A DNA stretch of 42,193 nt from the IMG/VR virus record IMGVR_UViG_3300025536_000024, positions 1 through 42,193 of that record; one strand, 5' to 3'. Within the stretch, counting starts at the first letter, position 1. Each line of letters opens with the position of its first letter. Positions 29,713-36,912 of this stretch are shown in pieces. A model generated the notes under the pieces. That model did no database searches and was not told the DNA's origin. It saw only the letters and a list, made by a program, of their open reading frames with translations. Position numbers and translations under genes: made by a program. Origin of the DNA: a virus.

Positions 29713-30012
29713 TTAGCCGCCACACTGAGCTGACAGTCGGTAACCAGAGCGAGCAGACCCGACCTCGTAGGTACACGATGGACGTGCGGGGTCGATAGCC
29801 TTTTGCTTCTTGCTCTTGATGGTCTTCGGCGTGGTGGTTGCGATACCCTCACGCAGCTCCAGAACGTACACGCGTTCCTGGAGAATGCGAATCTGCTCTA
29901 CCAGGACCGCAATCTGTTCACGGGTGCTGAGCTTCACAGTCTTCTCCTTTGCGAACGTCGCTGACGGGACCAGAAGGACCGCGAGAGCGAGAATGATGAT
30001 GAGCTTTTTCAT
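29713..30012 (-). CDS. Secreted protein with signal peptide (99 aa)
   Basis: Start set to ATG 30012: MKKLIIILALAVLLVPSATFA|KEK, then a coiled coil. Confidence 0.6.
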   Translation of the reverse strand: MKKLIIILALAVLLVPSATFAKEKTVKLSTREQIAVLVEQIRILQERVYVLELREGIATTTPKTIKSKKQKAIDPARPSCTYEVGSARSGYRLSAQCGG

Positions 30013-30014
30013 AG

Positions 30015-30206
30015 TTATTGTTCCAATATCTCTACAGACTGGACCCATGCTTCTCCCTTGCCTGATACAGGCTTCACGAGCCAGCGTGGGGTTCCCCAAG
30101 TCTCCTTGTAATCGAGTATCTCGACATCGACCTGAATCTCGGTTCGCGGAATGAAGATGCGACCCTTCTTGCCGATGTCTGCCAGTGCTTCTTTGAGAGT
30201 TGCCAT
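30015..30206 (-). CDS. Hypothetical protein (63 aa)
   Basis: Start set to ATG 30206 (TAATATGGCA, 1 nt after the upstream stop). Confidence 0.5.
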   Translation of the reverse strand: MATLKEALADIGKKGRIFIPRTEIQVDVEILDYKETWGTPRWLVKPVSGKGEAWVQSVEILEQ

Positions 30207-30207
30207 A

Positions 30208-30375
30208 TTAATCTTCATCGTGGTTACAAACCTGTTCATGTGATGCGCCTCGGTTGTCGGCGCACTCCTCGGAGCAGTACATCGGTATCCCCATGTCTGC
30301 ACACTCCTCGCACAACCATTCACCGCACCCTTCGCACATCTCACCTGAAATCATCGCGTCTGCTATCTCTCCCAT
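30208..30375 (-). CDS. Small Cys-rich zinc-ribbon protein (55 aa; not in the ORF track)
   Basis: MGEIADAMISGEMCEGCGEWLCEECADMGIPMYCSEEC... Confidence 0.45.
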   Translation of the reverse strand: MGEIADAMISGEMCEGCGEWLCEECADMGIPMYCSEECADNRGASHEQVCNHDED

Positions 30376-30378
30376 GGT

Positions 30379-30579
30379 TTAAATGTTAGCGCCTGCTCTT
30401 CGTAATTTCGTGACCATTGTCAGATACCAGCGTCCATCGGTCGGCGTATACGCGATGGTGACTGGAGCTATCGTCTTGTCCGGTGGGTAGAGGACGATGT
30501 GCTTACCTAAGCGCGTCCTCCATCCTTGCCTCTGCAACTCGCTGACTATTTTCTTAATCTCCTTGCGCGAGTCAGCCAT
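30379..30579 (-). CDS. HicA-like (YcfA family) small protein (66 aa)
   Basis: Start set to ATG 30579; ELQRQGW..LGKHIVLYPP...KLRRAG resembles the HicA L..GW..GSH...aG pattern. Confidence 0.45.
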   Translation of the reverse strand: MADSRKEIKKIVSELQRQGWRTRLGKHIVLYPPDKTIAPVTIAYTPTDGRWYLTMVTKLRRAGANI

Positions 30580-30583
30580 GAGC

Positions 30584-30967
30584 CTAGTCGATGTAAGACC
30601 GATAACTGACCTCCAAACCGTTGCTCTTAAATACTTTGACCATCGCCTCCACTTCTGCAATCGCCATGTACATGTTCTGGAATCCGTGACCGCGACGCAC
30701 AGGGTCGTTGATGACGTAGCCGGTCGGATAGCTCTTGCGAACTGACCAACGGTCTCCGCTGAGAGGCTTCTCCTCAATCACATTGAGTATGAGGTAGTCG
30801 CTGTGCTTACTGCCGTACTTCTTGAACGCACGCACAATCTCACTGTTGCCACCTGCGGTCAGGTAGGCACCTCCACACGGGTAACCGTCTACCATCCCAT
30901 CAGTTGCCTTCGAGCCTGCGAACCATGCTTCGTCGAGAACCTTCTCTAACCGTTCCTTGCTAATCAT
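30584..30967 (-). CDS. Hypothetical protein (127 aa), first gene of the leftward cassette
   Basis: ORF preceded by the conserved leader motif. Confidence 0.65.
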   Translation of the reverse strand: MISKERLEKVLDEAWFAGSKATDGMVDGYPCGGAYLTAGGNSEIVRAFKKYGSKHSDYLILNVIEEKPLSGDRWSVRKSYPTGYVINDPVRRGHGFQNMYMAIAEVEAMVKVFKSNGLEVSYRSYID

Positions 30968-30971
30968 AATC

Positions 30972-30987
30972 AGTTGCTAACTGGTAA
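30972..30987 (-). promoter_or_regulatory. Conserved leader motif copy 3 (UUUACCAGUUAGCAAC), ends 5 nt upstream of the AUG
   Basis: 15 of 16 positions identical to copy 1. Confidence 0.65.
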
Positions 30988-31008
30988 ACCCCATCGGGTA
31001 TAGTTGTA

Positions 31009-31036
31009 TCCTATACATTGTACATAATTATGTCAA
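31009..31036 (-). promoter_or_regulatory. Leftward sigma70-like promoter (TTGACA-16 nt-TATAGG)
   Basis: Minus strand: -35 = revcomp of 31031-31036, -10 = revcomp of 31009-31014. Confidence 0.5.
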
Positions 31037-31056
31037 GCACTATGTACATAGGGACC

Positions 31057-31095
31057 TGGGGATAACGGATTGACAGCCTAGATACGCGCTATAAT
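31057..31095 (+). promoter_or_regulatory. Rightward promoter TTGACA-14 nt-TATAAT with adjacent TGGGGATAA box; predicts a leaderless endolysin mRNA
   Basis: -35 at 31070-31075, -10 at 31090-31095; A of ATG 31102 is 7 nt after the -10. The 14-nt spacer is short, which lowers confidence. Confidence 0.5.
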
Positions 31096-31101
31096 GGCTA
31101 T

Positions 31102-32145
31102 ATGATTGAACCTCACGGCTTTGAGAACACTGGTGCGATTGAGATGCCAGCCGACCCGCGTGACCGCGTTCTGATGGGCGCTGCGGCTGAGTATCCTGAC
31201 ACCTACACCAACGCTCAGGCGTGGAATGCGTACATCCACTACCAGAAAAAGCAGCCAGCTTGCGGTCCTCACTCAGGAGCGCACGCCAAAGCAATCCTCG
31301 ATGGGTTCGAGTCACCTGAGCAGCGCAAGTACAGCCCTCGTTTCAACTGGGTAGACATCAAGACCTTCGACGGGTACGCGCTCGATGATGGCACCGACAT
31401 GCGCTCCATCTTCAAGAGCCTCAAGAACACCGGCGCTCTCCCGTTCGATGAGCTGGGTAACGACGCAACTCTCTCGCTCAAGGAGTACGCCAACAAGAAC
31501 GTCATCACGAAGCAGATGCGTGAACATGCGTTCCCATTCGGTATCGAGAACTATGCCTTCCTCGATGACATCACCTTCGAGAGTCTGAAGAGTGCCATCT
31601 ACAACAAGAAGGCGGTCATCCTCCTCATGCGTATCGGTCCATCGTGGTGGACTGACAAGAAGGGTCGCAACTCCTGGAAGGAGAAGGACCTCATGCCACT
31701 GCGTCCCCTCACTGATATCACCAGCGGTCACTTCGTCGTCGCGCACTCCTACGACAAGGAGAACATCTACTTCGCCAACTCCTGGTCTGATGAATGGGGT
31801 CGTGACGGTCACGGCTACTTTGGTCGTGACTACCTCCCGTTCATCAACGGCGCAGGCACGGCGGTCGATAAGGATGACGCGGATGTGGTGGTGCCAGTCT
31901 TCAAGTTCACCAAGGACCTGGAGTACGGCATGACCGACATCGACGTGGAGGAGCTTCAGAAGTATCTGAATCGCAACGGGTTCCCTCTGGCAGCAGCAGG
32001 GAAGCCAGGTTCACCAGGATTCGAGACTCGTTACTTCGGCAGCGCCACCCGTAGCGCACTCATTCGTTACCAGACGGTGTACGGCATCAAACCGAACGTC
32101 GGCTACTTCGGTCCCATCACTCGCAAGCGCGTGAATGGCTCCTAA
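31102..32145 (+). CDS. Endolysin: papain-like (C1-type) cysteine peptidase plus C-terminal peptidoglycan-binding domain (347 aa)
   Basis: QPACGPHSG (Cys), SGHFVVAHSY (His), FANSWSDEWGRDGHGYF (NSWGxxWGxxGY); C-terminus LQKYLNRNGF...RSALIRYQ is PG_binding_1-like. Confidence 0.8.
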   Translation: MIEPHGFENTGAIEMPADPRDRVLMGAAAEYPDTYTNAQAWNAYIHYQKKQPACGPHSGAHAKAILDGFESPEQRKYSPRFNWVDIKTFDGYALDDGTDMRSIFKSLKNTGALPFDELGNDATLSLKEYANKNVITKQMREHAFPFGIENYAFLDDITFESLKSAIYNKKAVILLMRIGPSWWTDKKGRNSWKEKDLMPLRPLTDITSGHFVVAHSYDKENIYFANSWSDEWGRDGHGYFGRDYLPFINGAGTAVDKDDADVVVPVFKFTKDLEYGMTDIDVEELQKYLNRNGFPLAAAGKPGSPGFETRYFGSATRSALIRYQTVYGIKPNVGYFGPITRKRVNGS

Positions 32146-32163
32146 ACTTATCCACACACGCCT

Positions 32164-32352
32164 ATGACCATCCTCAAATCAGCTAGTAAAATAGTATTTA
32201 TCCTCATGGCGGTCGCAGTTGTCTTTCTGACCTGGACCGGCAAGGTGGACCCAAAGGACTTCATGATGCTCGCAGCTATGGCCTTCTCGTTTTATTTCGC
32301 CAACAAGGGTGAGACACAGACCGAGGGAGCCACAGCATACGCAGGCAAATAA
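32164..32352 (+). CDS. Holin candidate (62 aa, two TM helices)
   Basis: IVFILMAVAVVFLTW and MMLAAMAFSFYFA; sits between two cell-wall hydrolase genes. Confidence 0.6.
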   Translation: MTILKSASKIVFILMAVAVVFLTWTGKVDPKDFMMLAAMAFSFYFANKGETQTEGATAYAGK

Positions 32353-32411
32353 CAGAACGGCATCGGGACACCAGGCCCGTGAGACTCTCGGAACGACGTG
32401 CGTGAACGCTT

Positions 32412-32912
32412 ATAGCACTCACACGAAAGACGGTAGCCATCGCGCTACTCATCATCGTAACGACTGTTTTTGCTCTCTGGCCTCTCATAGTGCAGGCCAT
32501 TGAAAAACCGCAGGACGTTACACCCCCCGTACACCCCTCAGACCCGTCAGGTATCGCTCTCGTAGCGGTTGCCAGGGCAGAGGAGAAGCCCAAGCCCATC
32601 ACCCCTGCTACGCATGTAGCGTGTGGCATCAAGCCTGGAGATTACTCGCAGTACCGTGCCATGGTCGTCGCAGAGTTCGGAGCTGACGCTCCAGTGATGA
32701 TTGACATCGCAGATGCAGAGTCGAAGTTCGACCCTACCGCCAAGAACTGTGGCTCCACAGCAACCGGCATCTTCCAAATCCTCATCGGAACATGGGAAGG
32801 CGCTCACTGCACAGGAAGCCGCACCGATGCGCGGGACAACATCCGCTGCGCTCGTATCATCTACGAAGACTCTGGGACCAAGCCATGGAACGCATCTAGC
32901 CACGCTTGGTAA
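32412..32912 (+). CDS. Signal-anchored lytic transglycosylase (SLT-like); proposed ATA start (canonical GTG only at 32490)
   Basis: ADAESKFDP...TGIFQILIGTW is an SLT motif; the in-frame upstream 26 codons encode RKTVAIALLIIVTTVFALWPLIVQA. Confidence 0.65.
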   Translation: MALTRKTVAIALLIIVTTVFALWPLIVQAIEKPQDVTPPVHPSDPSGIALVAVARAEEKPKPITPATHVACGIKPGDYSQYRAMVVAEFGADAPVMIDIADAESKFDPTAKNCGSTATGIFQILIGTWEGAHCTGSRTDARDNIRCARIIYEDSGTKPWNASSHAW

Positions 32913-33163
32913 TGCTTTACCCCTTCTACCAGCGAGTCGTGCCAATGAATCACCTCGTTCATATCGGGGATTTCGATGTGCCTGAGAACATGCTGGAGAT
33001 TCCAATGCCCGTCTATGCGTCAGGTCATGCCTACATGGAGGGACCACACCTCGTCACCCCTCGTGCGACAGGTCAGGTGGTTAGGTACTACCGTAAGAAA
33101 GGCGAGCTGCTCGATTGCTTCGTGGGTGAGGTGCGTGGGCCTAAGCTGCCCGAAGGCGTATGA
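32912..33163 (+). CDS. Hypothetical protein (83 aa)
   Basis: ATG overlaps the upstream stop (TAATG). Confidence 0.55.
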   Translation: MLYPFYQRVVPMNHLVHIGDFDVPENMLEIPMPVYASGHAYMEGPHLVTPRATGQVVRYYRKKGELLDCFVGEVRGPKLPEGV

Positions 33164-33348
33164 AGACCAAGCCCAAGGAGTTCCTGCTCACAGACCAGTG
33201 CTTCTTCGAGGAACAGGGAGGCGGGAAGGACTACAATCCTGACCTGAGCCGCAAGCCTCATGCAGTCACACTCGTGGACCCAGTGACAGGCACCATTCGC
33301 CTACTGAAGTCAGGGAGTCGTATCGCCATCATCTCAGAGCCGTCATGA
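33160..33348 (+). CDS. Hypothetical protein (62 aa)
   Basis: ATGA overlap with the upstream gene. Confidence 0.55.
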   Translation: MKTKPKEFLLTDQCFFEEQGGGKDYNPDLSRKPHAVTLVDPVTGTIRLLKSGSRIAIISEPS

Positions 33349-33518
33349 ATCCAGTCACTGACCCCATCTACTCCATAGTGAACAGCCAGGACTGCGTGGA
33401 GGGGTACTACGCAGAGCGTGAGTCAGCAGAGAAGCGTGCAGAGAGTCTCAAAGGGAAGCCGTATCGAATCGTGGAGTACACACCCAAGGTAGTGACCGTC
33501 ATCGAATCCCATGAGTAA
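33345..33518 (+). CDS. Hypothetical protein (57 aa; not in the ORF track)
   Basis: ATGA overlap with the upstream gene; MNPVTDPIYSIVNSQDCVEGYY... Confidence 0.45.
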   Translation: MNPVTDPIYSIVNSQDCVEGYYAERESAEKRAESLKGKPYRIVEYTPKVVTVIESHE

Positions 33519-33708
33519 TGCGAACTACATGCAGACCCTACCTGGAGGTCACTGCTTCACTTGCCACAAGGACTATGAGGAGGAGAGTAACTACCACCCA
33601 TGCTTCAGCACAGGGTTCGTTGCATCTACTCCATGCGACGAAGCGTGCAAGGATTCCAAGTATCCGATGCCCCTATGGGCCAAGGACGGCCCACTATCCC
33701 CAGAATAG
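33511..33708 (+). CDS. Small Cys-rich protein (65 aa)
   Basis: CFTC...C...C..C; preferred over the Arg/Thr-rich alternative frame 33518-33712. Confidence 0.5.
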   Translation: MSNANYMQTLPGGHCFTCHKDYEEESNYHPCFSTGFVASTPCDEACKDSKYPMPLWAKDGPLSPE

Positions 33709-33749
33709 CTAGATAAACCCTTGACAACTGTGCGATACTGACAGGGTAT

Positions 33750-34361
33750 ATGGCAACCGTAAAGCAAACGACAGCAGCTAAGAAGGTGGTGGAAAATGGT
33801 GGGAACGTCTCACAGGCCATGATAGAGGCTGGGTACTCTCCAAACACCGCTCACACGCCTCAGAAACTCACTCAGAGCAAGGGGTGGGATGAGCTGATGG
33901 CAGAGTTCCTGAGTGATGCAGAGCTACAGGAGAAGCATCGGGAACTGCTCAACGCCACCAAGGTTGAACACATGACATTTCCCCTCGGTCCTAAGACGGA
34001 CAAGGAGCGTGATGTACTCGAAGCTCTCCCTCCTGAAATCAAGACGGTGATGGAGGCGCAGCAGGAACTCGCACGCACCACGCTGACCGATGAAGAGATT
34101 ACCGACCTGCTGAAGACGGTGAGCTGTGTGGTGCAGCGCATCGTGCATGGTCAGACGGCTCGGCACGTTTACTACTGGGCCGCTGACTCGAAGGCACGCA
34201 AGGATGCCCTCGACATGGCATACAAGCTGAAAGGACGTTACGCGACAGAGAAGGTGGACGTTACAAGCAAGGGCGAAAAGGTAAACATTGATGACAACCA
34301 GTTCACTCAACTCATCGCAGCAGCCCACGCGCGAAGCTCTGGCAGCGGAGGCGGCGCGTAG
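33750..34361 (+). CDS. Terminase small subunit (203 aa)
   Basis: N-terminal HTH-like AAKKVVENGGNVSQAMIEAGYSPNTA; directly upstream of the large subunit. Confidence 0.75.
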   Translation: MATVKQTTAAKKVVENGGNVSQAMIEAGYSPNTAHTPQKLTQSKGWDELMAEFLSDAELQEKHRELLNATKVEHMTFPLGPKTDKERDVLEALPPEIKTVMEAQQELARTTLTDEEITDLLKTVSCVVQRIVHGQTARHVYYWAADSKARKDALDMAYKLKGRYATEKVDVTSKGEKVNIDDNQFTQLIAAAHARSSGSGGGA

Positions 34362-36384
34362 GGGATTCCCCGAATACTGCGTCACCATCGACCCCAGGTA
34401 TCGCCTGGAGTGGTTCCACATGCAGATTGCGCTCAAGCTCGAAGAGGCGGTGAAGCGTGTAGAGCAGGGTGAGGATGTGCGCCTGGCTATCTTCATGCCG
34501 CCACGTCACGGGAAGAGCGACACCGCTACGCAGAAGTTCCCGTCATGGGTACTCGGCAAGCACCCAGAGTGGCCGTTCATCGTCGCGTCCTATTCGCAGG
34601 ACCTCGCCACTGCATTCGGACAGGGAACTCGTGACCTGATGGACTCGGAGAACTACGCTGCCATCTTCGATACGCGAATGCGTGCGGACACCAAGGCTAA
34701 GGCGAACTGGCAGACCGAGAGCGGAGGAGGCTACACAGCAGTGGGTGTTGGAGGAACCATCACGGGTAAGGGCTTCAAGATTGGCATTATCGACGACCCG
34801 TTCAAGAACCGCGAGGAGGCTGACTCAGAGGTGATTCGTGAGAGCGTGCATCGCTGGTATCGTTCGACTTTTTATACTCGCCAGGAAGGGAACACCGCTA
34901 TCATCCTCATCCTCACTCGATGGCACGACGACGACCTCGCAGGACGTGTGCTGAAGGAAGAGATTGACCAGCTCGCCATGGGTGAAGAAGGCATCGACCA
35001 CTGGGAGGTGATGGAGTTCAAGGCTATCGCTGAAGAGGATGAGCCGAACCGTAAGGCAGGTGAAGCGCTCTGGCCGCACAAGTTCAACCTCGCCAAGCTG
35101 CACCGCACCAAGGCAGCGCTCGGAGGATACGAGTGGTCCGCGCTCTACCAGCAGAATCCTATCGACGAAGAGAATCAAGAGCTGAAGCGTGACTGGCTGC
35201 GCTATCGCTCTCAGCGTGATGTGGACCTCATGGTCACCCGCAAGTTCGCCACCATCGACCCCGCAGGCAGCAATAAGAAGACCTCAGACTACACAGGCGT
35301 GACGCGCAACTTCGTGAACGAGGCCAACGAGTGGAACCTCATCTCGAAGCGCTATCGCATCAACTCCAAGGGCATCATCGACCTCATCTTCGAGCTGCAT
35401 GGAGAGGGCATGGAAGCTATCGGCATCGAGGCAGGCATCTACCTTCAGGCTGTTGAACCCTTCCTCAAGGTGGAGATGGACAGGCGTGGCATCTACCCGA
35501 ACGTGGTCCCGCTCAAGCACAATCAGACGATGAAGGAGACACGCATCCGTGGTCTCGTCCCTCGCTATGAGAACGGCAAGGTCTATCACATCGAGAACCA
35601 GTGCGCTGACCTGGAGGAGGAATACCTGCGCTTCCCCAAGGGAACGTATGACGACTGTCTCGACTCCGTGGCGTATCAGTCTCAGCTTGCTGCACCGCCT
35701 ACCACTGGCATTGGTGACCGCCTCACCCGTAACGAGATTGAGCAGAACATCTCCGACCTAGTGAACGACCAGACAGGCACGGTCATCATCGGTGTCTCCA
35801 CCGCACTCCCTGTGCGCTACGTCGTAGGCAACAAGAACGGTGCCTTCTTCAACCGCATCGCTGATGTCAATGACCCGTATGGGGAAATCGCATCGCTCAT
35901 GACTCGTTGGAAGAGCTGCTTCGTGGTGTGCGACTCAGTGGGTGACCTCATCGGCCCCAAGCTCCTTCAGGCGAAGAACGCAGGACACGTCTACATCGCA
36001 TACATGACGCATGACCCGAAGAGTCAGGAAGTCGTGCGCTGGGGTGAGGGAGACAAGTACGGCGACGTGCAGATTGGCTGGAACGCTTCAGTGCAGACCA
36101 TCGTGGATGAGATGCGCGACACACGCTTCGTCCTGAACGGCTCTGTGACCGACTGGAAGGACTTTGTGGACGAGTGGATGAATATGTACCGCGTGTGGGA
36201 GGAGAACGCCGTAGGGGAGAAAACAAGCACCTGGGAGTCATCTGGTCCCCAGGCATTTATCAAGGCATCCGTGCTGCTGCGTGCCGGTCTCGACAAGTTC
36301 CAGGAGACTGAGGCAGTCATTGTGGGAGGCAGCAGCGTCTTCGATGAGATTGAGAAGGCAGAGGTATTCACATCAGCAGCATGA
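34288..36384 (+). CDS. Terminase large subunit with about 220-aa C-terminal extension (698 aa)
   Basis: Walker A MPPRHGKS, Walker B IGIIDDP, coupling LTRWH; RNase H-like nuclease ATIDPAG...DDCLDS. Confidence 0.9.
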   Translation: MMTTSSLNSSQQPTREALAAEAARRGFPEYCVTIDPRYRLEWFHMQIALKLEEAVKRVEQGEDVRLAIFMPPRHGKSDTATQKFPSWVLGKHPEWPFIVASYSQDLATAFGQGTRDLMDSENYAAIFDTRMRADTKAKANWQTESGGGYTAVGVGGTITGKGFKIGIIDDPFKNREEADSEVIRESVHRWYRSTFYTRQEGNTAIILILTRWHDDDLAGRVLKEEIDQLAMGEEGIDHWEVMEFKAIAEEDEPNRKAGEALWPHKFNLAKLHRTKAALGGYEWSALYQQNPIDEENQELKRDWLRYRSQRDVDLMVTRKFATIDPAGSNKKTSDYTGVTRNFVNEANEWNLISKRYRINSKGIIDLIFELHGEGMEAIGIEAGIYLQAVEPFLKVEMDRRGIYPNVVPLKHNQTMKETRIRGLVPRYENGKVYHIENQCADLEEEYLRFPKGTYDDCLDSVAYQSQLAAPPTTGIGDRLTRNEIEQNISDLVNDQTGTVIIGVSTALPVRYVVGNKNGAFFNRIADVNDPYGEIASLMTRWKSCFVVCDSVGDLIGPKLLQAKNAGHVYIAYMTHDPKSQEVVRWGEGDKYGDVQIGWNASVQTIVDEMRDTRFVLNGSVTDWKDFVDEWMNMYRVWEENAVGEKTSTWESSGPQAFIKASVLLRAGLDKFQETEAVIVGGSSVFDEIEKAEVFTSAA

Positions 36385-36593
36385 CCACACTCAAATCCAA
36401 GCCGACGATGGTAGCACTCACGAAGGAGGAGGCAGCGCTCTTCATTGAGTTCCAGAAGCGCTACGCCTTCATGCAGATGCTCGACTCGCTCGATGTGTTC
36501 GACATCCGCAACGGCTCCATCACGGTCAATTTCGATAGCATGGGTGGCATATCCACAGTCATAAAGAACCAGGTGTACCGACCTGGTGCATAA
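36381..36593 (+). CDS. Hypothetical protein (70 aa)
   Basis: ATGA overlap with the terminase stop. Confidence 0.55.
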   Translation: MTTLKSKPTMVALTKEEAALFIEFQKRYAFMQMLDSLDVFDIRNGSITVNFDSMGGISTVIKNQVYRPGA

Positions 36594-36804
36594 TGCACTC
36601 ATGAATGCACTCAAAAAGGCACTCGACGTGAAGAAGGGCGCAGAGGTGAAGCTCCAGAAGTTCGGTGCAGACATTCGTGCTGCACACGAGGCGAAGAAGA
36701 ACACCTACTACGGCCGTCGCACTACCATCAAGGAAGGCGCGAAGGCTCTAGGCGCTGCCCTGAAGAACGCGAAGCCATTTTCACTCGCGGAACCTAAGCG
36801 ATAG
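36586..36804 (+). CDS. Small basic protein (72 aa)
   Basis: ORF with an 8-nt overlap; Lys/Ala-rich. Confidence 0.5.
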   Translation: MHNALMNALKKALDVKKGAEVKLQKFGADIRAAHEAKKNTYYGRRTTIKEGAKALGAALKNAKPFSLAEPKR

Positions 36805-36805
36805 G

Positions 36806-36829
36806 TTATCCCCATACGTTTGCTTGACA
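36806..36829 (+). promoter_or_regulatory. TTATCCCCA box-9 nt-TTGACA upstream of the portal gene
   Basis: Same box-N9-TTGAC arrangement as at 18354-18377 and 26658-26681, but no good -10 at normal spacing. Confidence 0.4.
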
Positions 36830-36912
36830 CTCATTGTTGAATGGGCGCGTAGCACGCATAATGTGAAGAACGGCTGAAAAGTCGTCGTTCGCCACTCTGC
36901 CGCACCACTCGA

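Noticed and set aside
33518-33712. Alternative-frame 64-aa ORF overlapping 33511-33708
   Set aside because: Its Arg/Thr/His-rich composition is atypical of this genome. The other frame encodes a Cys-rich acidic protein like several others here.
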